DNA of 64,000 nt from Octopus vulgaris (Eukaryota): NCBI GenBank assembly GCA_951406725.2, contig OX597831.1:24180001-24244000 (forward strand). Direction: 5' to 3'. Both the position numbers and the translations under genes were made by a program. This document shows, piece by piece, positions 39,551-52,589 of the stretch. The notes beneath the pieces were generated by a model. The model was not told the DNA's origin and did no database searches. It was given only the letters and a program-made list of their open reading frames with translations. The first letter of the stretch is position 1. Each line of letters opens with the position of its first letter.

Positions 39551-41984
39551 CAGTTTCTAACTACTTGAATTTCTTTTGATGGCTCATGACTTATTCAACA
39601 CTTATTCAACAGTAAAAATGTATTCATTTAATTTCTAAGTCATTGGTATCATTAGTCCGTTTGATACCAATTAATCTGCGTCCACCTTTTGTTCTATGAT
39701 ACAAAACCCTGCACCTGAGAAGGTTTCATATGTTAATTAACACCACCCATCATAAATTTATGCATGAAGTTTTTATGTTCAAGATCCTAAATTAATAATG
39801 GTTTCAGATTTTGGCACAAGGCCAGCAACTTCAAGGAGGGGATAAGGTGATTACATCAAACCTAGTGTTCAACTGATACTTCTTTAATCAACCCTGCAGC
39901 CAAATTTTAATTTAAAACATAAAGACAAATAAATGTCACTAAGTATTTTGCCTAGCATGCTAACAACTCTGCCAGCTCAACACCTTTAATCCCAATTTAA
40001 TTAATAATAATGTCTATTTTATTAAGACCCACAAAACTGTTAATTATTTTCAAAGCTAACTGAAACAAACCATGTATTATTTTCTTAGCAGTATGATTAC
40101 CCAGGGGCTTACAACTTACACAGATTTTGAAAGGATGATGTAGTTGGATGGTCATTTTTACTCCTACCTATTATAAAAGTTTAGCTCTCTACCTTCATCT
40201 AATTAAACACTTGAACAATTGTTAAATAAAATATGTCACCTTCACTGAGTTGCACCTACTAATGGTACTTGTTTCTTGACAGGTGAAAGAAACTTGTTTA
40301 TCTAAGTATTTTGTTGATAGAAAAGGTCACATCTATCGACTGAATTACACATGCCTTTACTTTAAGACATCACCATCATCAGTGTCAACAATTTAATATC
40401 TATTTATCCAAGATACATCTGTTTTCTTTTTTGTTTTTTCTCTATGCCACATCATTCATGGACATCAATTCCAACCTAAGAACACAGTAGGTTCTGGAGT
40501 TTCCATGGCTATGATCTTGGACTGGATTTATGATTTGCCAGCCCATGTACAGGATGTTTTCACATCACACCGCTTATGTGGATGGTCATTGGCTCACAGT
40601 TAACTCATTCATCCTTTGACAGGTCTTGTTTGTAGCCCTGCATAGTGTCCACAACACCCACCTCACCTGGCAAGCCAGGTGGGGGAGCCAGTTTAGTCGT
40701 TGACCACCTGACCATTGAGACAGGTAGTACTGGGTTACATGGTACCAGTAGCAAGATTTTCCTGTCCTGATCTGGTATATCTATTGGGTTGATCAGTAAC
40801 ACCACATGTCTGTTCCCTTTGATCATGTCCTACATAATCTTTTGTTATTACATGCATTCATAAGTTATATCTTCATTGGACATTTGAACTCAAAGTATAA
40901 TCTAATGGCTTCAAAGTAATTCTGATGTCCCACATTATTGGATTCGACCATGGCAATCCTATCTAGTTTCCTCAATGGTCTTTTGTTATCACTGGTATCA
41001 TCTACAATCCAGCACTTCACTTTTTTTCATCCGCTACCAGTTATCCATTCACATTAAATGTCAGTTGTGCTACACAGCAATGCATGCATTCTTCTTTCAC
41101 AAAAGCCGATTGATTCCATACCAAACCACTTTCTAAATTCACTCGCACTCAATCTCACTTGTACATTAACCAATGCATAGACATCTGATATCCAGCTCGG
41201 TCCACTTCGTTTGTGCACCAATGCAGACAGATCATTCTACACTCAACTCCCATGTCACCACACAGCTGATGCTAAAAATTTCATGGAAATGTTTCATTCA
41301 ATTAACAGAAAGGAAATTCAATGAACACAATTAAGTGAACCCCGATGAAATAAGAAGAAAAATAAAACAAAAAATTGCTCGCTCAAAATAGCAGTTTAGT
41401 AATGTCAATCAGCTGTCACAGTATAAAGTATGTAACAGAACTTATTAGTGAAGACAAATTTATAAGTTTATTTCACTGGTAAAGTAACTGTTTAATGGCA
41501 GCTTTGAAATTTTTCACTGTTCCTAAATTTCCTATTAGAATTGCATGAGATTTTATGAAAGTGTGTCTTCGATTCTCATGCTTTGTTGGCTGTCATTGTA
41601 TATTGATGTTTTCTAGCGGTTCCATTCTCCTCAACTATTATTTAGAATCCGGCTTATACAATTCAATTTAATCCATGAGACACACAGAGCGTTAGGAAGA
41701 GGGAATGGCGTGGTGAAATTGGGGAAGCGAGAAATAGTTTAGATTATAGGAGTGAATAGACGACTGTTTAGCACTGCTTCAGGAATTGAGACTGTAAAAG
41801 CAGGAATTGAAGTTGGCTGAAAGAAGAAGAAAAAAAAAAGAAAAGAAATATAAATAAAATAAATAAATAAATAAAAGGAAATATAGAGGAAAAAGAGTTA
41901 TCCAGTAAATAATGGCTACAACACAAAAGAAGGACTGTCAACAACTCTCCTTCTTTCACTTTCCATCTCTACACACATACATGC

Positions 41985-42027
<43 letters not shown>

Positions 42028-42036
42028 TATAAATAC

Positions 42037-42067
<31 letters not shown>

Positions 42068-42142
42068 TATATTTACCAACATTCATATTTACATACATAT
42101 TTGCATACATATGTCTGTCTGTGTCTGTTGCATGTATAAGTA

Positions 42143-42187
<45 letters not shown>

Positions 42188-42366
42188 TGCTTTTTCCTTT
42201 CTCTCTCTCTCTCACACACAACATATCAATATATAAACAAATGTATGTATATGTATATAAATATATGTATATGTGTGTGTGTATGTATATATATATGTGT
42301 ATATATAAATATGTATATACATGTATGTATATATATATATATATATATAATTATATATCTATTTAG

Positions 42367-42401
<35 letters not shown>

Positions 42402-42429
42402 TGTATGTATGTATGTATGTATGAATGTA

Positions 42430-42471
<42 letters not shown>

Positions 42472-43319
42472 TTATTGAAAGATTTGTGGAAGCTCTTAAA
42501 TTTAATGCAACATCAAGAAAATAAATAGTAAGTTAGTTGTTATAGTTAAGGCTGGAAGTACTAAGGCTGAGGACTTTCATCAATTTGTTGTCTAATATAT
42601 GATTAGTTGTACTTTTAGATAAAACCCCTCAAAATCTATCATGGTAGATTTCTAAGTAAGTACATCTAAAACGTAGCATCCTATTTAATTACATATATAT
42701 CTGCCCTAGAATATAATTCTATATTTGCATTAAAAAAAGGGAAAAAAACATTTATTGGATCAGGGTTTTTTTCCATCCTCATAATTCTCTCATGAAACCT
42801 TGTGAAATAGTAGGGTTTTTCTAGTATGCATTAAAATATCTATGGTTACTAAGTATTCCATTATTGTTCTTTGCAAAAATCTAGAGGGCTGCAAGGGGTT
42901 TAAGAGATAGGGAGGTAAAAATTAACAATTCTGGAAGTGAGTAAATCAATAGGCATGCTAATTATTGATGCTCTCCGTAAGCCAGTGAGATGGCAGAATC
43001 AGTAGCACACTGGACAAGATGCTTAACGGCATTTCTCCTGGTTTTATGTTCTGAGTTCAAATTCCACTGAGGGTTGACTTCACTTTTCATCCTTTCATCA
43101 ACCACCCACTCCCCCACAAATTTCAGGCCTTTGCCAATATTAGAAAAGATCATTGATGCCATTCTTTGAATCAGTTACTAATATCATGACTATTGTTCCA
43201 AATGTGTAAATTTGTGCCCTTCTTAATTTTATTCTGCTGAGGTTATTTAGAGTCCCTTTACAAGCAAGTTCTACTTCAGGCTAAGCTGGAATGATTAACA
43301 TGCTTTTACAGACATAATT

Positions 43320-43455
43320 TACATTATTTACATTCGACGGAGGATATTTGTCCTCATCTTGTTTGTTGATATACCCTCCAGCCTTCTTCAGGTGTCTTGG
43401 GAAAATTTCAAGACTAGGTTCTCATTCCTAAGGTATTCTTCGATGTTGTTATTAT
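43320..43455 (-). mobile_element. Possible Penelope-like terminal repeat fragment
   Basis: Minus strand reads 'cacctgaagaaggctggagggtatatc', i.e. CTGANGA plus a possible stem-II arm; assignment is inference. Confidence 0.4.
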
Positions 43456-43882
43456 TACTTTTGTGGTAGTGGTGATGGTAGAGTTGGTGTTGGTGGTATT
43501 GGTGGCAGTGGTGGTGGCGGCAGCGGAGGTAGTGGTGGTGATGATGATGTTATCAACACCGAAGAATGTTTCAAATATTTTATTTGACTTTCTGTAAAAA
43601 AAGAAAGAAAAACAAAAACAAAAACAAACAAACCATAAAAATTATACAGTTAAATAACTTAGAAAGTAGAAAAAGAGATATTAAGAAAGGATGAAACAAT
43701 CAATTTTAAATAGAGCTGATAATTAAGTTAGGGGTGGAGGAGGAGGTGTATAATTGCAGGTGTGTCTGTATCTATCTGTGTATCTGTGTCTGCATGCTCG
43801 TCAGAATACGTTCCTATCTGTTGTACGTATGTATGTGTGTGGGTATGCGTGTCTATGCATGTGTGTTTGTGCATATATTCAT

Positions 43883-44457
43883 GTGGAGGTGCAATGGCCC
43901 AGTGGTTAGGGCAGCAGACTCGCAGTCATAGGATCGCGGTTTCGATTCCCAGAGTGGGCGTTGTGAGTGTTTATTGAGCGAAAACACCTGAAGCTCCACG
44001 AGGCTCCGGCAGGGGATGGTGGTGATCCCTGCTGTACTCTTTCACCACAACTTTCTCTCACTCTTACTTCCTGTTTCTGTTGTACCTGTATTTCAAAAGG
44101 ACCGGCCTTGTCACTCTCTGTGTCACGCTGAATATCCCCAAGAACTACGTTAAGGGTACTATACGTGTCTGTGGAGTGCTCAGCCACTTACACATTAATT
44201 TCACGAGCAGGCTGTTCCGTTGATTCGGATCAACCGGAACCCTTGTCGTCGAAACTGATGGAGTGCTTCCACCATTTCAAAGGGCCAGCCTTGTCACTCT
44301 CTGTGTCACGCTGAATATCCCCGAGAACTACGTTAAGGGTATTATACGTGTCTGTGGAGTGCTCAGCCACTTACACATTCATTTCATGAGCAGGCTGTTC
44401 CATTGATTCGGAACAACCGGAACCCTCGTCGTCGTAACCGACGGAGTGCTTCCATCC
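43883..44457 (+). mobile_element. SINE C-N with tandemly duplicated 3' tail
   Basis: Tail repeated at 44273-44455; 'atattcatgtg' flanks the whole structure. Confidence 0.9.
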
Positions 44458-44912
44458 ATATTCATGTGCCTACGTATGTGTATATGAGAAGAAAATGTGT
44501 ACGTTCATGACTTTAAACAGCTGATACTGTGATTCCATCAGTGGTCTGCTATCTGACTATCCAACGTACCAGTCTGCCGTTCTCCTCATTGTCCTTTTTT
44601 ATATTGTAAATGACTAATTAAATGAATTGGTTCTTCAAAGAAAAGGGAGGTAATTAGAGAAGATAATGAACAAATAGTAACCAACAGTTTGCAACATAAT
44701 GCTAGCTATTATTCTACTAACATACCGTTCCAACTTTTCTCTATCTTCCTCTTTTTCTCCTCTGCTTTCTGTATATATATGTGCTTATATAGGTTGCTGT
44801 GTGTGAATGTATATATCTGGTTGATATTGGGTTTATATATTGTCAGTACTATGTGTGAGTAAGTGCCTGTGTATGTTGGTATTATATATGTATATGTAAT
44901 ATGTTTGTATAT

Positions 44913-45232
44913 GTGTGTATGTATATGCATGTGTGAGTGTCTTTCTTTCTGTGTGGAGTTATACCTGCCAGTATATATGCCTTTGTGTATGTGATGTGTG
45001 CATGTATATGTTTGTGTATGTGTGTATGTATATGCATGTGTGAGCATCTTTCTTTCTGTGTGGAGTTATACCTGTCTGTGTATATGCCTTTGTGTATGTA
45101 CTGCGTGCATGTATGTGTTCGTGTATGTGTGTATGTATATGCATGTGTGAGTGTCTATCTTTCTGTGTGGAGTTTATACCTGTCTGTGTATATGCCTTTG
45201 TGTATGTACTGCGTGCATGTATGTGCTTTGAC
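44913..45232. repeat. About 107-bp unit, three copies, built on (GT/AT) degenerate sequence
   Basis: 'ctttctgtgtggagtt(t)atacctg...tatatgcctttgtgtatgt' occurs three times. Confidence 0.85.
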
Positions 45233-45644
45233 TGTGTATGTTTGTGCTCTGTGTATGGACATATTCTATTCTATGTATGTGTGTTCCTGATACAAATTTC
45301 AGCTCAGAGATGTTTCTATTTTCATCAATCTCTTTACTTAGAATTAATCTGATTAACACAATTCCTTGGTAGACACAAAATAGAGTTTCTCTGATACTAT
45401 TATATTTGGTATGATTGAGACGTCTCCGAATGACTGCATGGTTAAACAGCTTGCTTTGCAACTCAGCAGGCCTACATTGAAACCTACTGTGCCACATATG
45501 GTGTGGTGATAATAACTCCTATCCGTTGGGTCTCCAGATTGCAGAAAGGTGAAAGACCTGTAGATATACAGATTAGATGCGAATACTCAATAAGCAGTCC
45601 TTGACAAGATCACGGGTAGCCTTCTGACAAGGTATATGCTGTGT

Positions 45645-45870
45645 GGATGAGCTGGCAGAAACGTTAACATGTCGGGCAAAATGCTTGGAGGTATTTCGTC
45701 TGCTGTTACGTTCTGAGTTCAAATTCCGCCAAGGTCGACTTTGCCTTTCATCCTTTCGGGGTCTATGAATTAAGTACCAGTTACGTACTTGGGTCGATAT
45801 AATTGACTTAATCCGTTTGTCTGTCCTTGTTTGTCCTCTGTGTTTAGCCCACTGTGGGTAATAAAAAAAA
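45645..45870 (+). mobile_element. SINE family B
   Basis: Consensus match; 'atatg(c/t)tgtgtgga' duplicated on the flanks. Confidence 0.85.
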
Positions 45871-46474
45871 TATAGATATGTTGTGTGGACGCCCCCAGAT
45901 GATGAAATAGGCTAACCCAATACGTAGATATAGAGGAAGAAGCCTAGTCATCGAGAGCACAGCTGTGAAGAGTCGAGTTGAGTAGCAGTCGTAGTAGACT
46001 AGAACAGAGTCAAGAGTAGAGAAGGGTTGAGTAGTAGAGGCATCCAAACGTGTGACATAACAGTATAGCACCCATCAGCCACCCTACTGGGGTTGTAGTG
46101 AAACCCTGAAGCCCTGGAAAACGTGGAAATGCCCTTATCATAAGAAAGCAGGTTGGTAGTAGGGAATGAAATGCAAGACAAAAAATTCTTAGTTTTTAGA
46201 TTTCTTACCATTTCGCAGAATGGGCTATACCACTTTTATGCATCCAGGACTGAGAAACCCATCTGTTTCAGTGGCACTGCAGTCTTTTACAGGACCTGAA
46301 ATCATAGATGAGAAATTAGCAATTGAAAGATACCACAACTTAGACAAATATCTTTAAAGATGGCCTTAGTTTCAACAATGCAGTGTAAGTGGAATATTCT
46401 CTTTTCAGTTGGCTCAGTTTAGTGAAAGGCACTGTGCTTGCAGCCTTTGAGGCTCTCGTTGGTAATTATAATCA

Positions 46475-46707
46475 ATGTAAAAAGCACGTAAAAAGCACCA
46501 TCCGATCATGGCCATTTGCCAGCCTCGTCTGGCACGTAAAAAGCACCCACTACATTCATGGAGGGGTTGGCGTTAGGAAGGGCATCCAGCTGTAGAAACA
46601 TTGCCAGATCAGACTGGGCCTGGTGCAGCCTTCTGGCTTCCCAAACCCCAGTTGAACTGTCCAACCCATGCCAGCATGGAAAGCGATGCTAAACGATGAT
46701 GATGATG
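46475..46707 (+). mobile_element. Family E element
   Basis: Core and (GAT)n tail. Confidence 0.8.
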
Positions 46708-47899
46708 TAATTAGCATTTTTCTTAAAACAGTTGCAAGTAAGCAGCAGCTGCAGGAAAGATAGGTGCAATGTTGTGAGGAAGAAACAACTGATTCTTATG
46801 GTTAATATAATGCCTGATGCGGTGGATACAATGTGAATGATATGAGAAGAAAAGACAACAGGATTAGCCCAGTGCCTGAATGAGAGTAGTATGGAAACCA
46901 GTCATGTCCAAGAAGCAGAGACGATTGCAATAATGATATAAAGAGCAGAGAGGAGAAACAAAATGTCATACTGGTGAGAGGAGAGGAAGAGAGCGGAGAG
47001 GAAGAGAGAGGAGAGAAAGAGAGAGGAGAGAGAGATTCAAGTCTATGGAGAATAATGGTGTTTGATATTGGCCGTTTCCATCACATTTGAGATGCTGGAA
47101 AAGAATATAATAAGATGATATCTGGCTTGCTCTTCCAGGGAATGTGACACCATTGTGTCGCCAAAGATCAGAATATAAATCGTGAGAGAGAGAATGAGTT
47201 AAAGAGTTTGGTGATTATGAAGGCTCACTCTAAGTTGTATTGCTGAGGGAAAAAGTTTAAGTCTGGTGGCTTTGTTAATTTGAAGTGCTAGAGATGGTTT
47301 TATATGTTTTCAATATGAATGTATTGTTGTAAGTCTTGTGGAGAGGAAAGGAGTAGTTTTGGATATCTGCCTGGTTTAAGGCAACGAGCTAGCACATCAG
47401 GCAAAATGCTTAATGGCATTTTGTCCATCTCTACGTTCTAAGTTCAATTTCTGCTGAAGTCAACTTTGCCTTTCATTCTTTCAGAGTTGATAAAACAAGT
47501 ACCAGTTGAGTACTGGGGTCGATGTAAGTGACCTTATCCCACCCGCTTCAAACTTGCCAAAATTTGAAACCAATATCTGCTTAGCTTGTACAGTGTGGAA
47601 ATGAATGTAAATCAGGCAGCAAATGTTGGAGGCTTTCTCCAAAGAACCATCATGACTGAGAATAGAAAGAAAATGGGAGATGATAATTGTATGAAAGCCA
47701 TTGGGTGGGTATTTACGTGTGAGTATATATAGCTGTGAGTGATGTGTATTAGCAAATAACATAAACAGTTGTATGGAAATTGAAAACCTGATGCTCTATG
47801 TATGAAATGATTTGTGATATTTATTCTGCACCAAGTCATAGATACTCCCATGTCATTCTCAATATCAAAAATACAGTACACTAATGATTAGGCCATTGG

Positions 47900-48215
47900 A
47901 CACCTGGAATCACTAAGCTTCGCTTCATGCTCTTGCTTAATGAGACTGGGGTCATCCCAAGTTAGTGGTCCCAGAGACGTCATCATGTATAGAGCTGACC
48001 AGGTCCACCAGTGCTCTTCATCACTGGTGGTCCTGTGCCTGCCCCTCTGCATCCTCCAAGGTGACGACAAGCCTCTGGAGATCTTCCACAGTCATGTTCA
48101 GCCATCTGATGTGAGGCATGCTATGAGGCTTCTTCTAGCCCACAGCTGCTACATCAAATGAGAGTAAAGCTCTGATACGATGATCTAGCAGGAGACAGAG
48201 GACATGTCTGAAGCT
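47900..48215 (-). pseudogene. Decayed RTE-type LINE ORF2 C-terminus
   Basis: Manual translation FRHVLCLLLDHRIRALLSFDVAAVG*KKPHSMPHIRWLNMTVEDLQRLVVTLEDAEGQAQDHQ**RALV matches the RTE 'FGHV.R...W.RPRGRP..RW.D....D......AQDR..WR.LV' pattern, with stops. Confidence 0.72.
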
Positions 48216-49520
48216 GTTGTGTGCATGCATGCAGATCTTTGTTGGAAACATATAAGGCTTTAGCTAAAATAAAAAACACCAGATGTTACTTCAGGAATCA
48301 GAGGAGAGAGAGAGTAAAGTAAATAACTATAAAATCTACCAGTAAAATGTCAAAATATTTCCAGGTAGAGACACAATTTTGTATAGTATAGTCCTAGATA
48401 CATTATATCCGAAAAGAAATATTTGATATTCACAGCTGGGGCATCTTTCTGTATTGGTCTGCATAATTAGAACTAACATGGAGGTGCATGGCTTAGTGGT
48501 TAGGGTGTTAGACTCATGAAGAAAAGATTTTGGTTTTGATTCCTGATCATGTGATGCATTGTGTTCTTGAGCAAAAATACTTCATTTCATTGTTGCTCCA
48601 GTCTGCTCAGCTGACAAAAAGGAGTAACCCTTTGATGGATCAGCATTCATGAAATTGGAAACTGGACATAAGAGTCTGTATGACCCGGGTAGAAAGAAAA
48701 ACTTTAATTAGAACTAACTTTGACAAAACAACAGCATTGCAGATCAATAAGAATGCCTGCCTCTCACATGGTTGCTCAACCTGCTAGAAACATCAGTCAA
48801 ATCCCCTTTAAATAACACATTACAGTTTTAAAAAGGAAGTTGACGATGCATGACTTATTTCTAGATATACTGTCTAATTTAGACCATAGTTAGAATATCT
48901 TTGATCATAGATCTACTGGTTTAATGTTAATCTGGAGATAAACAACAAGAACTCCTATTAGAAATAGTTGTAAAAATCTCAGTTAAATCATATTCTGCTT
49001 TCAATGTAGCCATAGATACTCCATGACAGAATGGTTTAAGTCAGAATTCTTTTGAGAGCCGCTTTGCTAGATCAAGGCTGACTAGTTAGTTGTTGGTGGT
49101 GATGTCAGTAGTGGGAGGTGTTACTAAACAATAACAACACCAACAACAACAACAACAGGAAAATCATATAATTCTATTTTGACAACTGCTTTTGTTTCCT
49201 AAGCTTTCTAATGGATAGAGATCACTATTACCATCTCGGTTGGAAGTTTTGGACATCAAAGAGGCAGTGAAGAACATGTACGACAGAGAAGGAAAGAGAG
49301 AGAGAGAGAGAGAGATGGATGGATGGTTGATAGCTTAGTGTGAAACACTATCAGAATAAAAACAAAAAATACGGAAATATAAAAAGAGAATGTTCCAGTA
49401 AGAAGAAAAGTTGTATTCTTCCATGCATGAACAGGAAGACTACCTGGGAGAGATCCGACGTATTTTTTTTTGACCATTGATTCATAATGACATTTTGTAG
49501 TTGTAGTGTAACTGACAGAC

Positions 49521-49556
<36 letters not shown>

Positions 49557-50133
49557 CACCACCACCACCACCACTGCCACCACCGCCGCCGCCACCACCA
49601 CCACCACCACCACCACTAGCACCACCACCACCACCACTACTACTACCACTACTACAATTCATACTGGAGCCAAACCCTTCTATGCCCCACACTCCGAAGT
49701 AATGTTTGATTAATTTTCCTACCCCCTACTAAGTAATATCACATTTGAAGATGAAAAAAATCCGATTTCCTGATACCTCCTTTTTTTTTTTTAATTGAAC
49801 CGCATACAATACTCTGAGTGATTGAACTGTACAAAAAGAAGAAAAAATAGAAAATGGTTAAATTTTTTGAATCGGTACATAAAATACTAATGTAAATTGA
49901 ACCACTGGAGAAAGAAAAAATCTGTGAACAGCAAAATCAGTCATAATGGTGAACATAGAATACAATAAATTTCTTTGTTCCTGATTTTCATTTATGACTT
50001 TTAGCAAAATGTAGAACTTACTTGCTGCTTCTGAACCACAGGCAGACCTGTGGATTTAGATGATTCCTAGATGTTGTCTTGATTGTCAATAAAGAACTGA
50101 ATCCAGATTCACACAAGCATGTTGTTCCAAATG

Positions 50134-50823
50134 GAGTGAGGATGGAGTGGCATAGTTCTTGATCCTTATCTGTCAAGGGTCAAAAGAAATCAACAGAATA
50201 AGAAACAGGCTTAAAACAGAAGTACTGGGTTCGATTCATTTCACTAAAAGTTCTTCAAGGCAGTGCCCCAGCATGACCATATTCTAATGATTAAAACAAG
50301 CAGCAAAATAAATATAAGTGAGTATGGAGTGGCATAGTACTTGATCCTTATCTCTCAAGGGTCAAATATATTTAAGGGAGGATGGAGTGGCATAGTTCTT
50401 GATCCTTATCTCTCAAGGGTCAAATATATTTAAGTGAAGATGGAGTGGCATAGTTCTTGATCCTTATCTCTCAAGGGTCAAGTATATATAAGGGAGAATG
50501 AACTGACATATTTCTTGATCCTAATCCCTCAAGGGTCAAATATATATAAATGAGGATGGACTGACATATTTCTTGATCCTTATCCCTCAAGGGTCAAATA
50601 TATATAAATGAGGATGGACTGACATATTTCTTGATCCTTATCCCTCAAGGGTCAAATATATATAAGTGAGGATGGACTGGCATAGTTCTTGATCCTTATC
50701 TCTCAAGGGCCAGATATATATAAGTGAGGTTGGAGTGGCACGGTTCTTGATCCTTATCTCTCAAGGGTCAAATATATTTAAGTGAGGATGGACTGACATA
50801 GTTCTTGATCCTTATCTCTCAAG
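50134..50823. repeat. 58-bp minisatellite, 9 contiguous units plus one upstream unit separated by a SINE A-like tail
   Basis: Unit gtgaggatgga(g/c)tg(g/a)catagttcttgatccttatctctcaagggtcaaatatat(a/t)taa. Confidence 0.95.
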
Positions 50824-50842
50824 CATCACTAACAAGCATATC

Positions 50843-50885
50843 TACGAAGGGGTGCTGAAAAGTTCCTGGTCTTAAGGGTATCATG
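50843..50885 (+). mobile_element. Mariner-like TIR fragment
   Basis: 'ta-cgaaggggtgctgaaaagttcctgg' resembles mariner TACGAGGG..TGAAAAGT ends. Confidence 0.55.
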
Positions 50886-51215
50886 AGGTTGTTGATTGAA
50901 GATATTGTGTGTATCAGGGGTTTGTTCTGTTTGTCAAGTCACAACAAGGACCTCAGACAGACAGTACTCTATGCAATATGCATGCAGTTCCAAGTGATAC
51001 TCTCTTTTACTCTTTTACTTGTTTCAGGCATCTGACTGTGGCCATGCTGGAGCACTGCCTTTAGTCGAGCAAATCGACCCTAGGACTTATTCTTTGGATG
51101 CCTAGTACTTATTCTATCTGTCTCTTTTGCCGAACTGCTAAGTTACGGGGGACGTAAACACACCACCATCGGTTGTCAAGCGATGCTGGAGGGACAAACA
51201 GACACACAAACATAT

Positions 51216-51265
<50 letters not shown>

Positions 51266-51615
51266 GATGGGCTTCTTTCAGTTTCTGTCTGCCAAATCCA
51301 CTCACAAGGCTTTGGTCAGCCCGAGGCTATAGTAGAAGACACTTGCCCAAGGTGTCACGCAGTGGGACTGAACCCGGAACCATGTCGTTGGTAATCAAGC
51401 TACTTACCACACAGCCACTCCTACACCTATGTGATGCTGACTTTTGCAATACACAAAGATTGTAGGGTATTTCTAAGGTTCCCGGATGTTTCTTGAGGTT
51501 GGGCAGGATTGAACCCAATGCTCTGATGACAATAGGGATAAACTTTATGTTTGACTCTCATAGTTGCCACATCTTAGCAATTTCAATTCTCAGGTCTCCA
51601 TACTTATCAACCTTT
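50885..51615 (-). pseudogene. R4/Dong-type RLE LINE 3' end, split by SINE A (51000-51428, minus)
   Basis: KVDKYGDLRIEIAKMWQL*ESNIKFIPIVIRALGSILPNLKKH...LQKSAS [SINE] SLGTACILHRVLSV*. Confidence 0.78.
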
Positions 51616-51835
51616 AAGGCATTGAGCTGGCAGAGTCACTATTAGCATGCTGGGCAAAATGCTTAGCAGTGTTTTGTCTTTTGTTACATCTTGAGTTCAA
51701 ATTCTGCTGAGATCGACTTTGCTTGCTTTTCATCTTTTCGAGGTCAATAAATTAAGTAGCAATTGAACACCAGGGTTGATGTAACTGACACATACCTTTC
51801 CCCAAAATGGGTGTCCTTGTGGCAAAATTTAAAAC

Positions 51836-51865
<30 letters not shown>

Positions 51866-51869
<4 letters not shown>

Positions 51870-52122
51870 TAGTTTTATTTTTATAGCGTGCTTTCACTTC
51901 ACTACCGAGTGCAGCTCTGTGTGCTTTGGGTATGTGCTGTGGTTTGCTGTGATGCTCTTATGGTTACTGTATTGAAAGTGTTTTGTGTAGGATGTGTGCA
52001 GTGCCCAGTAGTGCAATTTTCTGTATGTTATATATATTTTTAATCATACCTAATGCACCTAATATGATAGGAATTGTTTCTGTTTTTAGATTCCACATTC
52101 GAGCTACTTCTATTTCCAGGTC

Positions 52123-52125
<3 letters not shown>
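51866..52125 (-). mobile_element. Second R4/Dong-type LINE 3' end, embedded in (TAA)n
   Basis: KDLEIEVARMWNLKTETIPIILGALGMIK-NIYNIQKIALLGTAHILHKTLSIQ*; (TTA)n at 51837-51865 and 52126-52319. Confidence 0.82.
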
Positions 52126-52186
<61 letters not shown>

Positions 52187-52259
52187 ATTATTATAATTAT
52201 TATTATTATTATTATTATTATAATTATTATTATTATTATTATTATTATCATCATCATCA

Positions 52260-52320
<61 letters not shown>

Positions 52321-52536
52321 AGCAGTGAGGTGGGAAAATCACTAGTGTACCAGAAAAATGATTAGAGGTATTTCGTCTGTCTTTACGTCCTGAGTTCTAA
52401 TCCCAAGATCAACTTCACCTTTTATCCTTTCGGGGTCAATGAACTTAGTACCAACTGCATTCTGTGATTGGTGTAATCAACTTGCTACCCCTCCCCCAAA
52501 AATCTAGTCTTGTGCCTATAACAAAAGAAATTATAA

Positions 52537-52589
<53 letters not shown>

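Noticed and set aside
50015-50100. Minus-strand GTAAGT donor with a possible micro-exon
   Set aside because: Upstream acceptors are weak and the longer frame closes; consistent with chance
50316-50823. CRISPR-like array of palindromic repeats
   Set aside because: Units are contiguous with no unique spacers, no cas genes are present, and the context is eukaryotic
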